DNA of 32,876 nucleotides from a virus (IMGVR_UViG_3300047163_000032:1-32876); one strand, 5' to 3'. Numbered from the stretch's first letter, positions 15,599-23,998 are shown. A program made the numbers and translations. The notes: generated by a model from the sequence alone, not told the origin.

Positions 15599-16909
15599 AT
15601 GAACTACTACAACGAGCTCGACCCCGTAAAGGCCGAGACGATTCGGGAAGCGATCAAGGCGGGAGCGATTTCGCCGGGGAAAGTGGACGAGAGGAGCATT
15701 ACCGATGTCGAACCAGCCGACCTTGTGGGATATGCCCAGTGCCACTTCTTCGCCGGTGGAGGATTCTGGTCACTCGCACTCCGAAACGCCGGCTGGCCCG
15801 ATGATAGGCCAGTCTGGACTGGAAGCTGCCCCTGCCCCAGTTTCAGCGCGGCAGGCAAAGGGCGAGGGTTTGATGACCCTCGTCACCTCTGGCCGGATTG
15901 GTTTCGGCTCATCCGCGAGTGCCGACCTGCAACAGTCTTTGGTGAACAGGTTGATGCAGCGATTCGACATGGCTGGCTCGACCTTGTTTGTGGAGACCTG
16001 GAAGCGGAGGAGTACGCCGTTGCGGCGGCGGTACTGGGAGCACACAGCGCGGGCGCGCCGCACATCCGTCAAAGGCTGTACTTCTGTGCCGACACCGGAC
16101 ACGGGGATGAACGTGGTCGATGCGAACTGGGAGGTCCGTCGTCAGACGGCAAAGGAGAAGCACGGAAACAACGGCTTTGGAATGACGATTGTGATGGCAG
16201 CTTCGCTCGCGAGCGTTCCTTCTCCGAAAGCGAGCGACGACAATTCGAGCAGATATGCCGATCCACAGCGAGGCAGCGCGGTTCATTATGCGAGGCCGAA
16301 CCATTCGACCGATCTGGCTCACACAGTTCAACACTTGGCCTCAGTCCCAACCCCGATGGCAGGCTCCCCGGCAACGGAGACGTACAACGCGGCGGGCAAC
16401 TCGGATTACTCGCGGCGGATTGTGGAGCTGGCGACAGTGATAACCCCGACGCAAGAGGATCACAAGTCGGACGGGCCGAAGGCGATGGAGGAGTACGACG
16501 ACGCGATTCGCGAGGGGAGGCCTGTTCGCGAATCAGCACAGAGGCTCCGGAATCAAGCACGGCTAGCAGCGGTGACAACCCCATCATCCCGCGAATGGAA
16601 GGACACTTCGGGAATGTCAGAGAGTGGCGTGGACCCGGATGGCTCGACCCGCTCACGGCTCGATCAATTGCCGAGGCAGGCGCAACTCGCGGATTCTGGG
16701 GTGACTGCGACTGGTGGTTCGGACGCGACGGCCAGTACCGGCCAGCTGGACCCGGCATACAGCCGCTGGCTCATGGGAGTCAAGCCAGAGTGGGACGGCT
16801 TCGTATGTACGGCGACGCGATCTGTGTCCCAACGGCGCAAGCATTTATTGAAAGCTACATCGAAGCGCGGCTGACCGCCGTGGCAGGTAGGGAGGAGAAT
16901 GGGTTATGA
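15599..16909 (+). CDS. C5 cytosine DNA methyltransferase, catalytic ('alpha') polypeptide
   Basis: Motif I HFFAGGG, IV GSCPCPSFS, VI GEQV, VIII PHIRQRLYF, X RLRMYGDAICVP. No motif IX in this frame. Confidence 0.88.
   Translation: MNYYNELDPVKAETIREAIKAGAISPGKVDERSITDVEPADLVGYAQCHFFAGGGFWSLALRNAGWPDDRPVWTGSCPCPSFSAAGKGRGFDDPRHLWPDWFRLIRECRPATVFGEQVDAAIRHGWLDLVCGDLEAEEYAVAAAVLGAHSAGAPHIRQRLYFCADTGHGDERGRCELGGPSSDGKGEARKQRLWNDDCDGSFARERSFSESERRQFEQICRSTARQRGSLCEAEPFDRSGSHSSTLGLSPNPDGRLPGNGDVQRGGQLGLLAADCGAGDSDNPDARGSQVGRAEGDGGVRRRDSRGEACSRISTEAPESSTASSGDNPIIPRMEGHFGNVREWRGPGWLDPLTARSIAEAGATRGFWGDCDWWFGRDGQYRPAGPGIQPLAHGSQARVGRLRMYGDAICVPTAQAFIESYIEARLTAVAGREENGL
15705..16874 (+). CDS. Nested +1-frame methyltransferase partner ('beta') with five repeated modules and motif IX
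   Basis: Own RBS (GAGGAG 15691-15696, 8 nt before ATG 15705); 389 stop-free codons inside alpha; GQLDPAYSRWLMG is motif IX-like. Confidence 0.75.
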   Translation: MSNQPTLWDMPSATSSPVEDSGHSHSETPAGPMIGQSGLEAAPAPVSARQAKGEGLMTLVTSGRIGFGSSASADLQQSLVNRLMQRFDMAGSTLFVETWKRRSTPLRRRYWEHTARARRTSVKGCTSVPTPDTGMNVVDANWEVRRQTAKEKHGNNGFGMTIVMAASLASVPSPKASDDNSSRYADPQRGSAVHYARPNHSTDLAHTVQHLASVPTPMAGSPATETYNAAGNSDYSRRIVELATVITPTQEDHKSDGPKAMEEYDDAIREGRPVRESAQRLRNQARLAAVTTPSSREWKDTSGMSESGVDPDGSTRSRLDQLPRQAQLADSGVTATGGSDATASTGQLDPAYSRWLMGVKPEWDGFVCTATRSVSQRRKHLLKATSKRG

Positions 16910-17349
16910 AATGGTTCGATAGGCTTTTCAAATTGGAAGAGATCAATGGCGGCAACCGGTGCCCGACCTACTTGTACCGCTGGACGTTGCTCAAGGCGAA
17001 AGACTGGAGCGTATACCTTCTCCACTTCGTCGGCGATGACCCGTCGCTCGATCTTCACGACCACCCGAAGAGATTCATCAGCATTGGCCTCTGGGGAAAG
17101 TACAACGAGTGGCAGAGCGAAACGGACATACTGTTCGACTCCCCAGAAGTCTTTCGCGCCCCTTGGATTCGCACCTTTCCTGCGGAGCATCGTCACCGGC
17201 TGAGCATGATCGACGGCGGTACTTGCTGGACACTCGTCATTGTGCTCAAGGCTGTTCGCCCTTGGGGCTTCTGGCGTATGGGCAAATTCATTCCGTTCCG
17301 TGAGTACGTCAACGGCAAGATCGCAGATGCGCGTAAGGCTTGTCCATAA
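16906..17349 (+). CDS. Cupin-like phage protein
   Basis: YLLHF...DLHDHPKRFISIGLWGKYNE...HRHRL...WTLV...WGFW. Confidence 0.65.
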   Translation: MKWFDRLFKLEEINGGNRCPTYLYRWTLLKAKDWSVYLLHFVGDDPSLDLHDHPKRFISIGLWGKYNEWQSETDILFDSPEVFRAPWIRTFPAEHRHRLSMIDGGTCWTLVIVLKAVRPWGFWRMGKFIPFREYVNGKIADARKACP

Positions 17350-17394
17350 CCGGCTTACCGCCGTGGCTGAGGTTGAGTAAAGGATGGGGGAAAG

Positions 17395-17781
17395 ATGGAA
17401 AGGAAACCGTTGTCGGAAGCGAAGGTCGGGGATCGGGTGGGAATTTATTGGAGGGGTATATTGCTTCACGTCAGGCCTGTCTCCAAGGTAACCCCAAAGT
17501 TGGTTTACTGCGGCGAATCTGGCTACAGCAAAGAAGATGGTTTTCAGGAGAAGCCGCTGTCTTCAACTTACACGATGCATTTGCCCACAGAGCAGGAGTT
17601 GGCTACTTGGGATGCGAGGATTGCCGAAGAAGAACGAGTTGAAGCGGAGCGCAAAGCCTACCTTCAGAGGGAGGACGTGCAACTGGCCTCGCGGTTGGCT
17701 TCGACCGACAACGAATTGTGGCTGAAACTGGGCGTGGAGCGTCTTCGGGAGATCGTCAGGCAGTTGGAGACCCAATCATGA
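17395..17781 (+). CDS. Hypothetical protein
   Basis: Coherent ORF in a run of coupled genes. Confidence 0.55.
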   Translation: MERKPLSEAKVGDRVGIYWRGILLHVRPVSKVTPKLVYCGESGYSKEDGFQEKPLSSTYTMHLPTEQELATWDARIAEEERVEAERKAYLQREDVQLASRLASTDNELWLKLGVERLREIVRQLETQS

Positions 17782-18056
17782 GCAATTACCGGGACAAAGC
17801 GATTGTGGATGTGGCGCTGGCCGAGAGGCGCAATTCTGATGTTATCCGAACCTACGTGATTTATGAGCCACAGAGTCCAGAGGCTTACGCAGTCTCCCAG
17901 CGCGAGTTGGTTTACGAGCTGTCCGAGGCGTTGAGGGAAATCCTGTGCTGGCATTCCGGGAAACGGCCTGAGGATGCCGGGGCCAAGTGCGAAACGTCGG
18001 CGGAGGCGATCTCCTTGTGCGAGTCCGTTCTCGCCAAAGCCGGGGTGCCGCGATGA
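17778..18056 (+). CDS. Hypothetical protein
   Basis: ATGA overlaps at both ends. Confidence 0.55.
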   Translation: MSNYRDKAIVDVALAERRNSDVIRTYVIYEPQSPEAYAVSQRELVYELSEALREILCWHSGKRPEDAGAKCETSAEAISLCESVLAKAGVPR

Positions 18057-18472
18057 CACCGGTGATCTGCCAGTATTGCGGAAAATCGGCGGTTCTCGTA
18101 TCGGATACCGAGATTTACGGACGCACGTTCGGCAAGCAATTTTGGTTGTGCCGGAAATGCGACGCCTATGTTGGATGCCACCGTGGGAGTTCGTATCCGC
18201 TCGGGATTCTCGCCGATAAAGAGCTTCGCGGCCTAAAGGTTTTGGGCCATAGCCTGTTCGACTGCATATGGCGGGCGGCGATGAAACGAAAGAATTGGGG
18301 TAAGGGTCGATCCAGAAACGCCGCATACGTTTGGCTGTCGAAGATTACCGGGATTCCTCTGGAGGAGTGTCATTTCGGGATGATGACCAAGGAGAAATGT
18401 CTTGTGGCAATCCACGCCCTTGAGGCTTTCCATCTTCAACTGCAAGCCAAACGAAAAGGGAGTGAGCGATGA
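18053..18472 (+). CDS. DUF3268-like zinc-finger protein
   Basis: CQYCG...IYG...WLCRKCDAYVGCH...PLGILADKELR..K..GH..FD.IW. Confidence 0.8.
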   Translation: MTPVICQYCGKSAVLVSDTEIYGRTFGKQFWLCRKCDAYVGCHRGSSYPLGILADKELRGLKVLGHSLFDCIWRAAMKRKNWGKGRSRNAAYVWLSKITGIPLEECHFGMMTKEKCLVAIHALEAFHLQLQAKRKGSER

Positions 18473-19065
18473 AACCGTTGATGACGAGATTTGCGTTGAT
18501 GGCCTTTCTTTGCGGGGTCGCGGTAGGACAGAATTCAAATGCCAACCCGGCTACTCTGGAATTCCACTCGCCTACTCTGGAATTCCACTCGCCGCCTTTT
18601 GACGTTCACGAATGCGGTCACACTCAGCCTGGCGATGTGTTGTGCTTGCTTCCGAAGCCGCAGCCCATTCACATCCGCGAATGCGGCCAAGCATCGCCGG
18701 GAGATACGTGGTGCTGGGAACCGCCGCCGCTTCAAACTGATTCGTGGATAAGTTTGAATGGTCTGGCAATTGGGGTTGTTGGCGCCAGCAAGTTTACTTT
18801 TTGTTCGAGCTGGCCCAATTCTTTGGAGACCGAGCAACCGGATATCAATGTGTGGGTGGAGAGTGACCGCAGTTGCCACTGGTTTTTGTTTTCTTACGAC
18901 GATCATTCGTCTAGTTATAGCAAGCCTTTGGTTGAATGTGACATCGCCGACGACGATGGGCCTGCCAACTGCCGATTGGTGGGCAAGCACACGCTGGAAG
19001 AAGTTGTGCTCAGCGTAGTGTTCAAAGAAGCCCGTCAGCGGGAAGAGTTACGGAGGGTGAAGTAG
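18469..19065 (+). CDS. Putative secreted Cys-rich protein
   Basis: Signal-like MKPLMTRFALMAFLCGVAVG; internal repeats. Confidence 0.6.
   Translation: MKPLMTRFALMAFLCGVAVGQNSNANPATLEFHSPTLEFHSPPFDVHECGHTQPGDVLCLLPKPQPIHIRECGQASPGDTWCWEPPPLQTDSWISLNGLAIGVVGASKFTFCSSWPNSLETEQPDINVWVESDRSCHWFLFSYDDHSSSYSKPLVECDIADDDGPANCRLVGKHTLEEVVLSVVFKEARQREELRRVK
18551..18592 (+). repeat. Perfect 21-bp tandem duplication
   Basis: CTACTCTGGAATTCCACTCGC twice (TLEFHSP x2). Confidence 0.95.
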
Positions 19066-19212
19066 ATGGCATGGCTGATTGCGATGGCAGTGGTTTCAGT
19101 GTTCGCGGTGTTTTTTTCTGCGTTCGAGATAACTCATGAACTTAGTCGCATCGCAACCGCACTAGAGGCCAGCAACCAGGCGGAAAGGGAGCGGGAACGT
19201 GACATATTATGA
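19066..19212 (+). CDS. Small single-pass membrane protein (48 aa)
   Basis: MAWLIAMAVVSVFAVFFSAF...; not in the ORF track. Confidence 0.5.
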   Translation: MAWLIAMAVVSVFAVFFSAFEITHELSRIATALEASNQAERERERDIL

Positions 19213-19423
19213 AGCGGTACAGGAGGTTCGGCGCAGATGGGGGGACGCTGGTCGAGCGATGTCAAGGAACCTTGGAGGCAACCTTCGCAGTCGGAGAGTA
19301 GGTGAAAAGGTGGGTGGCATGATTTGGTACTTGGGCGAGGGCAGTACGTGGGAAGAAGCATTCGCGGACGCGGATCGTAGAGCTAACTTGCGAAGCGCCG
19401 CCCCTGAACCGGGCAAGCGGTAG
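19199..19423 (+). CDS. Small hypothetical protein
   Basis: Ends ...YLGEGSTWEEAFADA...; coupled to neighbours. Confidence 0.5.
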   Translation: MTYYEAVQEVRRRWGDAGRAMSRNLGGNLRSRRVGEKVGGMIWYLGEGSTWEEAFADADRRANLRSAAPEPGKR

Positions 19424-19433
19424 GGAGGGATAG

Positions 19434-19571
19434 ATGTCCTACGATGTGTGCGAAAAGAAGTGGAACGACGGCAAGGAGCATGTCTGTGTCGAGATGGAAG
19501 GCCACGGCGGTCTGTGTTGCTGTGTATGTGGAGCGCAAAAGCGCATCACTTACGAAATGCTCACCGCATGA
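19434..19571 (+). CDS. Small Cys-rich ORF whose tail resembles an IS1595 transposase C-terminus
   Basis: GGAGGG RBS; ends ...CCCVCGAQKRITYEMLTA*. Confidence 0.45.
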   Translation: MSYDVCEKKWNDGKEHVCVEMEGHGGLCCCVCGAQKRITYEMLTA

Positions 19572-19693
19572 AGAAAATCCCCGTTGAACTAGACCGGATA
19601 ACCGATGTGGTGCTTGCATACAGGCCGAAACCGAAGTCGAAAGCTGCGAAGAAACGGACCAGGAAAGCGAAGCGCGATGCGAAAAGTTCTTGA
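19568..19693 (+). CDS. Small basic protein (41 aa)
   Basis: MKKIPVELDRITDVVLAYRPKPKSKAAKKRTRKAKRDAKSS; ATGA overlap upstream. Confidence 0.5.
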   Translation: MKKIPVELDRITDVVLAYRPKPKSKAAKKRTRKAKRDAKSS

Positions 19694-20309
19694 CCTCTTT
19701 TGTGCGGGCGGCGGCGCTGGGATGGGGCTGCACCGGGCTTGGCCGGACGCGGAAATAACGGGGGTAGACATCAACCGTCAATCCAACTATCCCTTCAACT
19801 TCGTTCAAGGTGATGCTCTCACCTTTCCCCTGAATGGTTACGACTTCATTTGGGCAAGCCCGCCATGCCAGCTCTACACCCGAAAATCTGCGAACTGGGG
19901 GCGCAAGCGCAACCACTGGATAGAGCATCCAGACCTTATCGACCCGATACGTCAACGGCTGCTTGCCAGCGTAACGCCGTTCGTCATTGAGAACGTAGTC
20001 GGCGCTCCGATCCGTGTAGACCTCATGCTCTGTGGGAGTATGTTCGGCCTGAAAATACAAAAGCATCGCAACTTTGAATCTAGCTTTCCTCTCTCTGCGC
20101 TCTTGCCTCCCTGCAATCATTCTGACCTCTACAATCCCTGGCAGGGTAAGGGGCGAAGCGCAGATAAATTGCGCGCCGCTATGGGCATTGATTGGCTCCC
20201 TATATCTGGCGGTGCTTCCCGCAAGGCCGGATACACTGGCGACCTTTTCAATGCGATTCCGCCCGCATATAGCGAGTACATCGCACATCAATTCGGAAAG
20301 GTGGCGTGA
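19677..20309 (+). CDS. Compact C5 cytosine DNA methyltransferase
   Basis: VLDLFCAGGGAG (I), GVDI (II), ASPPCQ (IV), VIENV (VI), LCGSMFG...QKHRNFE (VIII), NAIPPAYSEYI (X). Confidence 0.88.
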   Translation: MRKVLDLFCAGGGAGMGLHRAWPDAEITGVDINRQSNYPFNFVQGDALTFPLNGYDFIWASPPCQLYTRKSANWGRKRNHWIEHPDLIDPIRQRLLASVTPFVIENVVGAPIRVDLMLCGSMFGLKIQKHRNFESSFPLSALLPPCNHSDLYNPWQGKGRSADKLRAAMGIDWLPISGGASRKAGYTGDLFNAIPPAYSEYIAHQFGKVA

Positions 20310-20397
20310 ATTATGGGGCATGGGAGTCAAGTATATAGTTCCCAATGGTTTCGTAAGTAGTCCCACGCAGTAGACACCGAACCACAGGAGATAAAAC

Positions 20398-20670
20398 ATG
20401 ACCTACAAAGACGCGGAGTTGAAAGCAAAATATGAGCAATGGCAGATGGGACAAGCACTGAACGCGGATGCGGCCTCCGCTGGTATTGGTCTCCCAATGG
20501 AAGGGTGTGCTCGCCTTGAAACTCCTCAAGAACAGGTGGAACGCCGCGCAGCAGGCCTACAGCGCGACCATGACCGTCTGGCGCGGTTCCACGAACTCCT
20601 GCTGAAGCATCCTGAGTTTCCCGAATTGCTTGAGTTAATCCGGATCAACGAACAACTCGGCATCATCTAA
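20398..20670 (+). CDS. Hypothetical protein
   Basis: AACCACAGGAG RBS. Confidence 0.6.
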   Translation: MTYKDAELKAKYEQWQMGQALNADAASAGIGLPMEGCARLETPQEQVERRAAGLQRDHDRLARFHELLLKHPEFPELLELIRINEQLGII

Positions 20671-20731
20671 CTCACGCGGGCGGTAACCACTCCGCCCCGC
20701 GCACCGCTCAACCACAGGAGAGGGTACTGGC

Positions 20732-21097
20732 ATGAGTAGACAAGTGTTCTGTTTGGCGGGGGCGCTGTTAGCCGAGTTTGCAGGTTGCATTTTGGCTTTT
20801 AACGGCTTTTTGGTAGCACCCGTGGTTCAACTTTTGATGGCCGCGCTTTTTCTGTTTATAGCGATAGACGATCCTATTGATGTGAAAACACTGAAAAAGG
20901 AAAAGGGTATGGTTGGTTGCTACGAAGTATACAGTCCTCCCGATGGCGACGCCATAGTGTTCAAGCACTCTCAGATGGATCAGCTTTTGTGCCACATCGA
21001 GTTGCTGGTGGATTATCTAGAGGACGGGGCGGAAGTCAAGATCGTCTACCGAAAGTACACCCAACAGGAGTTCGACGAGGTGGAGACGGACGAGTAG
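20732..21097 (+). CDS. Hypothetical protein with hydrophobic N-terminus
   Basis: Second AACCACAGGAG upstream; two hydrophobic segments. Confidence 0.5.
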   Translation: MSRQVFCLAGALLAEFAGCILAFNGFLVAPVVQLLMAALFLFIAIDDPIDVKTLKKEKGMVGCYEVYSPPDGDAIVFKHSQMDQLLCHIELLVDYLEDGAEVKIVYRKYTQQEFDEVETDE

Positions 21098-21285
21098 GTT
21101 CATATCGGGGGAGAGGAGAAAGCGGATGGATATTGATTTGATCCACGATTTTGTGTTGTGTGATCTAGCAGAATGTCCTGATGATCCTGCGCACTGCGGC
21201 TACGTCTGGTGTGGAGCGCCAAGAAATCACCCGCTGCATACGTGTTGGCATTTTAAGACTGAGGGCGCGGAGAAAGGAACGGACA

Positions 21286-21822
21286 ATGAGTGATGAACTA
21301 AGTTTTACCAAGCAGGACATTGAAATCGCTATTGCCGAGTTCGCCCGTATCACGGCGGAGCGGGATCAACTCAGAGAATTAAACCGAACGCTCAACCGCA
21401 CCAACCAAGCACTTACCAAAACTGTACACCAGCAGTCCGAGCGGGGAGCTTGGCAAAGGTACTACACCGCCGCCACCACTCTTTATCACCAGGAATGGGA
21501 CAAGCGGATAGCAGCGGAAGAGGAGCGGGATCGGCTCAAGGCCGCACTCGCAAGAGCAGAACACGCAGCCATGCAGTTGCTGACGGAGCGCGACGAAGCC
21601 GAAGAAGCGGCTGACCGTTTGGCATATACCTTATTCACCGTCGAACAGATTGGTGAACACTCCAACCTTAACAATCCGTGGGAACTGGCGGAAATTCTGA
21701 TGCTGGACATTAAGGCCGAACTGAAACTGGCCGAACGCCGGGGGATTGAGAGTGCGATGGAATTTGTTGAACTAGCGCATCGCGGTATCTGCGCCCTGCT
21801 ATGGAAGGAACCCAATGACTGA
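21286..21822 (+). CDS. Ead/Ea22-like coiled-coil phage protein
   Basis: AAGGA RBS and ATG at 21286; AEEAADRLA...IGEHSNLNNPW motif. Confidence 0.55.
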   Translation: MSDELSFTKQDIEIAIAEFARITAERDQLRELNRTLNRTNQALTKTVHQQSERGAWQRYYTAATTLYHQEWDKRIAAEEERDRLKAALARAEHAAMQLLTERDEAEEAADRLAYTLFTVEQIGEHSNLNNPWELAEILMLDIKAELKLAERRGIESAMEFVELAHRGICALLWKEPND

Positions 21823-22192
21823 TACACGAGAACTGCCGCCGATGGACAGGACTCCCTGCCCACACAACCCGAACGTTTGCGAGTGTGACCTAGTTGGCAT
21901 GGAAGATCAATGCACGATCCAGCCTACAAAGAAAGACTGGTTGGCCGAACACTCGTTTCTGGCACAGCGCGAACGCCAACTCTCCGAAGCCCTGCGGGAG
22001 CGGGACGCATGGCGCGAAGTTGCCGCCGAGAAGATTCTTGAGCGGGACAAAGCGCGGGAGGCGCTGAGAATGATATTTGCAGTATCAACTGGAGAGGAAC
22101 AGGTTGCCGACGACAATCTAGGCGGATTGATTTGGATATCCAACTACGCGCATAAGTTCCTCACCCCACCCATGAAGGGAAGGCCGGAATGA
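21815..22192 (+). CDS. Hypothetical protein
   Basis: Overlapping junction GGAAGGAACCCAATGACTGA. Confidence 0.55.
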   Translation: MTDTRELPPMDRTPCPHNPNVCECDLVGMEDQCTIQPTKKDWLAEHSFLAQRERQLSEALRERDAWREVAAEKILERDKAREALRMIFAVSTGEEQVADDNLGGLIWISNYAHKFLTPPMKGRPE

Positions 22193-22422
22193 GTTATAGC
22201 GAGACGAAGGGGGAATTTCCGGGAACCACCAAAATCGCCATAGCTTGCGATGCACGAAACGGCAAAGGCATCTGCAACAGTTCAGCCGAGATTACCGCCG
22301 AGCGAGAATTTGCTCTCGACTTGCTGTTCAAACTTGGATGGGGTTTACAGCGCGGGCATCAAGTCTGCGGGCAATGCTCCAAGAAAAACCACGTCGTATT
22401 TTCAAAGGAAGGAACCCAATGA
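22189..22422 (+). CDS. Small Cys-containing hypothetical protein
   Basis: ATGA coupling; C..C and CGQC motifs. Confidence 0.55.
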   Translation: MSYSETKGEFPGTTKIAIACDARNGKGICNSSAEITAEREFALDLLFKLGWGLQRGHQVCGQCSKKNHVVFSKEGTQ

Positions 22423-22622
22423 CTGACCACTGCTGGCACGAATACGAAAACATCAAAGACACTGCACGCCGCAACCTAAGGTATGTTTGTTGTCATTGCG
22501 GGTATGTTTATAGCCCTTTTCAGCGTATTCCCAAACCCGGTCATGGGCTGTATTCGCCGGACTTAATTACGACCGAGCGCCCAAAAGGCCCGTGCCCAAA
22601 AAGGAAACCCAATGCCGACTGA
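22419..22622 (+). CDS. Small Cys/His hypothetical protein
   Basis: MTDHCWH...VCCHCG...PCP; starts in the second copy of the 20-bp junction repeat. Confidence 0.55.
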   Translation: MTDHCWHEYENIKDTARRNLRYVCCHCGYVYSPFQRIPKPGHGLYSPDLITTERPKGPCPKRKPNAD

Positions 22623-22706
22623 CCTGATCCCCCACACCTACGACAACTCCGGCCCGGACGACCGCTGCTCCATGTATTCTTGAAAGTACAAGAAAGGGAG
22701 GTATTT

Positions 22707-23264
22707 ATGTCAGCTACCCAGTGTTTTCGATGCGAAGCAATCAATGGAGGTGCGGGGGATTTCCCGCTCAAACTCAATCCAGAAACGATGTGGTTTCAGT
22801 GCTCAAAAGGCCATCAAGTGACGGCTGACGAGGTAAGCGAAGCCATCCAAAACAAGCCGTTGGAGGAGGTAAAGAAGAAGAACGGCAGACCCAGGAACAC
22901 CCCCGATTTGGCGGATTTATCGGACAAAAAACAGGCAAAAACAGCCTCAGAAACCCCCGAAAACGGCGATTTTGAAGTCTCGTCGGAGATCGAAAAAGTG
23001 CAGCAAAACGATAACGGTTTAGGGGAGTTTATCGACGAGCACGGAACCAAGTGGTCAATCGGCGCAGACTTCTCGCTCAACGGGGACTTTCAGGTCGTTA
23101 TTTTCGCGGACGGTGATCAGCTTATCCCGGTTCGTGTGCCCCATTTGTACCTCGAATCCATCGGCCAAGAAGCCGAAAATGAGGACAAGACGGTTGTTGA
23201 GTGGCTGTCGGAGCGAATTTCTGAGTCGTTGGAGAACTATTTCGTTGCCGTAAAAACCGTTTAA
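22707..23264 (+). CDS. Hypothetical protein with N-terminal Zn ribbon
   Basis: GGGAGG RBS and ATG at 22707; CFRC...CSKGH. Confidence 0.6.
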   Translation: MSATQCFRCEAINGGAGDFPLKLNPETMWFQCSKGHQVTADEVSEAIQNKPLEEVKKKNGRPRNTPDLADLSDKKQAKTASETPENGDFEVSSEIEKVQQNDNGLGEFIDEHGTKWSIGADFSLNGDFQVVIFADGDQLIPVRVPHLYLESIGQEAENEDKTVVEWLSERISESLENYFVAVKTV

Positions 23265-23268
23265 GAAA

Positions 23269-23283
23269 ATCCGACAGTCGGAC
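23269..23283. repeat. 15-bp palindromic site, copy 5
   Basis: ATCCGACAGTCGGAC, intergenic. Confidence 0.9.
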
Positions 23284-23291
23284 GGTGAAGC

Positions 23292-23501
23292 ATGGGTGAA
23301 GTTGTCAGAGTGATGCGGTTCTGGGTGTGCGAACTTTGTGGGCATGAGATGCCCAAGAAGAGGCGCACCCGGCCCAACAAGTGCGGGCATTGCGCCAAAA
23401 GCTGGTGGTACACCGGCATTCCCATCGGCAAGGGCAACGCTGGCAAGATACCGGAAATGTACCCCCTTAAGCCGGAAGAGGTCGCCGGTTCGTGCGATTG
23501 A
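23292..23501 (+). CDS. Small Zn-ribbon protein
   Basis: CELCGH...PNKCGHCAKSWW. Confidence 0.55.
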   Translation: MGEVVRVMRFWVCELCGHEMPKKRRTRPNKCGHCAKSWWYTGIPIGKGNAGKIPEMYPLKPEEVAGSCD

Positions 23502-23522
23502 GTTAGAATCGAAACATAAAAA

Positions 23523-23867
23523 ATGGTGACAGACGCCAATATCGGACTGCTTTACAAGAACCCTGTAAAAGCTGGCGTAGCGCAGTGGACGCAGCCAATA
23601 CCTGGCGGTCCCGTTTATCCGCAACAGGCTTATCAAGAATCGGGATCGCGCCCCGGATGGATCGTCAACGAACAGGCGGCCTTGTTTGTTTTAGGTTGTG
23701 GACATTTTCAGAATTCATTCACTGTGTATTTCGATACCTACCAGCCGCCGACCGGATCAGCGGTTCCAGCAGCGCTCTTTTGCTGCGGACTGTGTTCGTA
23801 TTTGCAGCGCATCGTGACCCCGGTTTCCGCAATATACGCTGAAAATAACCCAATCCTACTGCCGTAA
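23523..23867 (+). CDS. Hypothetical protein
   Basis: LGCGH and CCGLC motifs; coherent ORF. Confidence 0.55.
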   Translation: MVTDANIGLLYKNPVKAGVAQWTQPIPGGPVYPQQAYQESGSRPGWIVNEQAALFVLGCGHFQNSFTVYFDTYQPPTGSAVPAALFCCGLCSYLQRIVTPVSAIYAENNPILLP

Positions 23868-23998
23868 AATTCGGTCGTGCGATTCAATTGACGTTCCAGC
23901 CCCGTCGCGCTTGCTCCCCTCGGTGACACAGTGAAGGGGAAGGCGCGACTCAGCCCGTCGCCCTAGCGCAGCCCCTTGCGCGTCAACGACATAGCCTA

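Larger units (their letters stand above)
19539..20343 (+). mobile_element. Probable right-end remnant of an IS1595-family transporter IS carrying a methyltransferase
   Basis: KRITYEMLTA tail, small basic ORF 19568-19693 (ELDRITDVVLAYRPKPKSK), MTase, then a terminal GTCAAGTATATAGTTCCC end-like sequence. No left end or intact transposase seen. Confidence 0.45.

Noticed and set aside
20675-20701. GC-rich hairpin after 20670 as a terminator
   Set aside because: The stem is bulged and there is no U-tract; not called.
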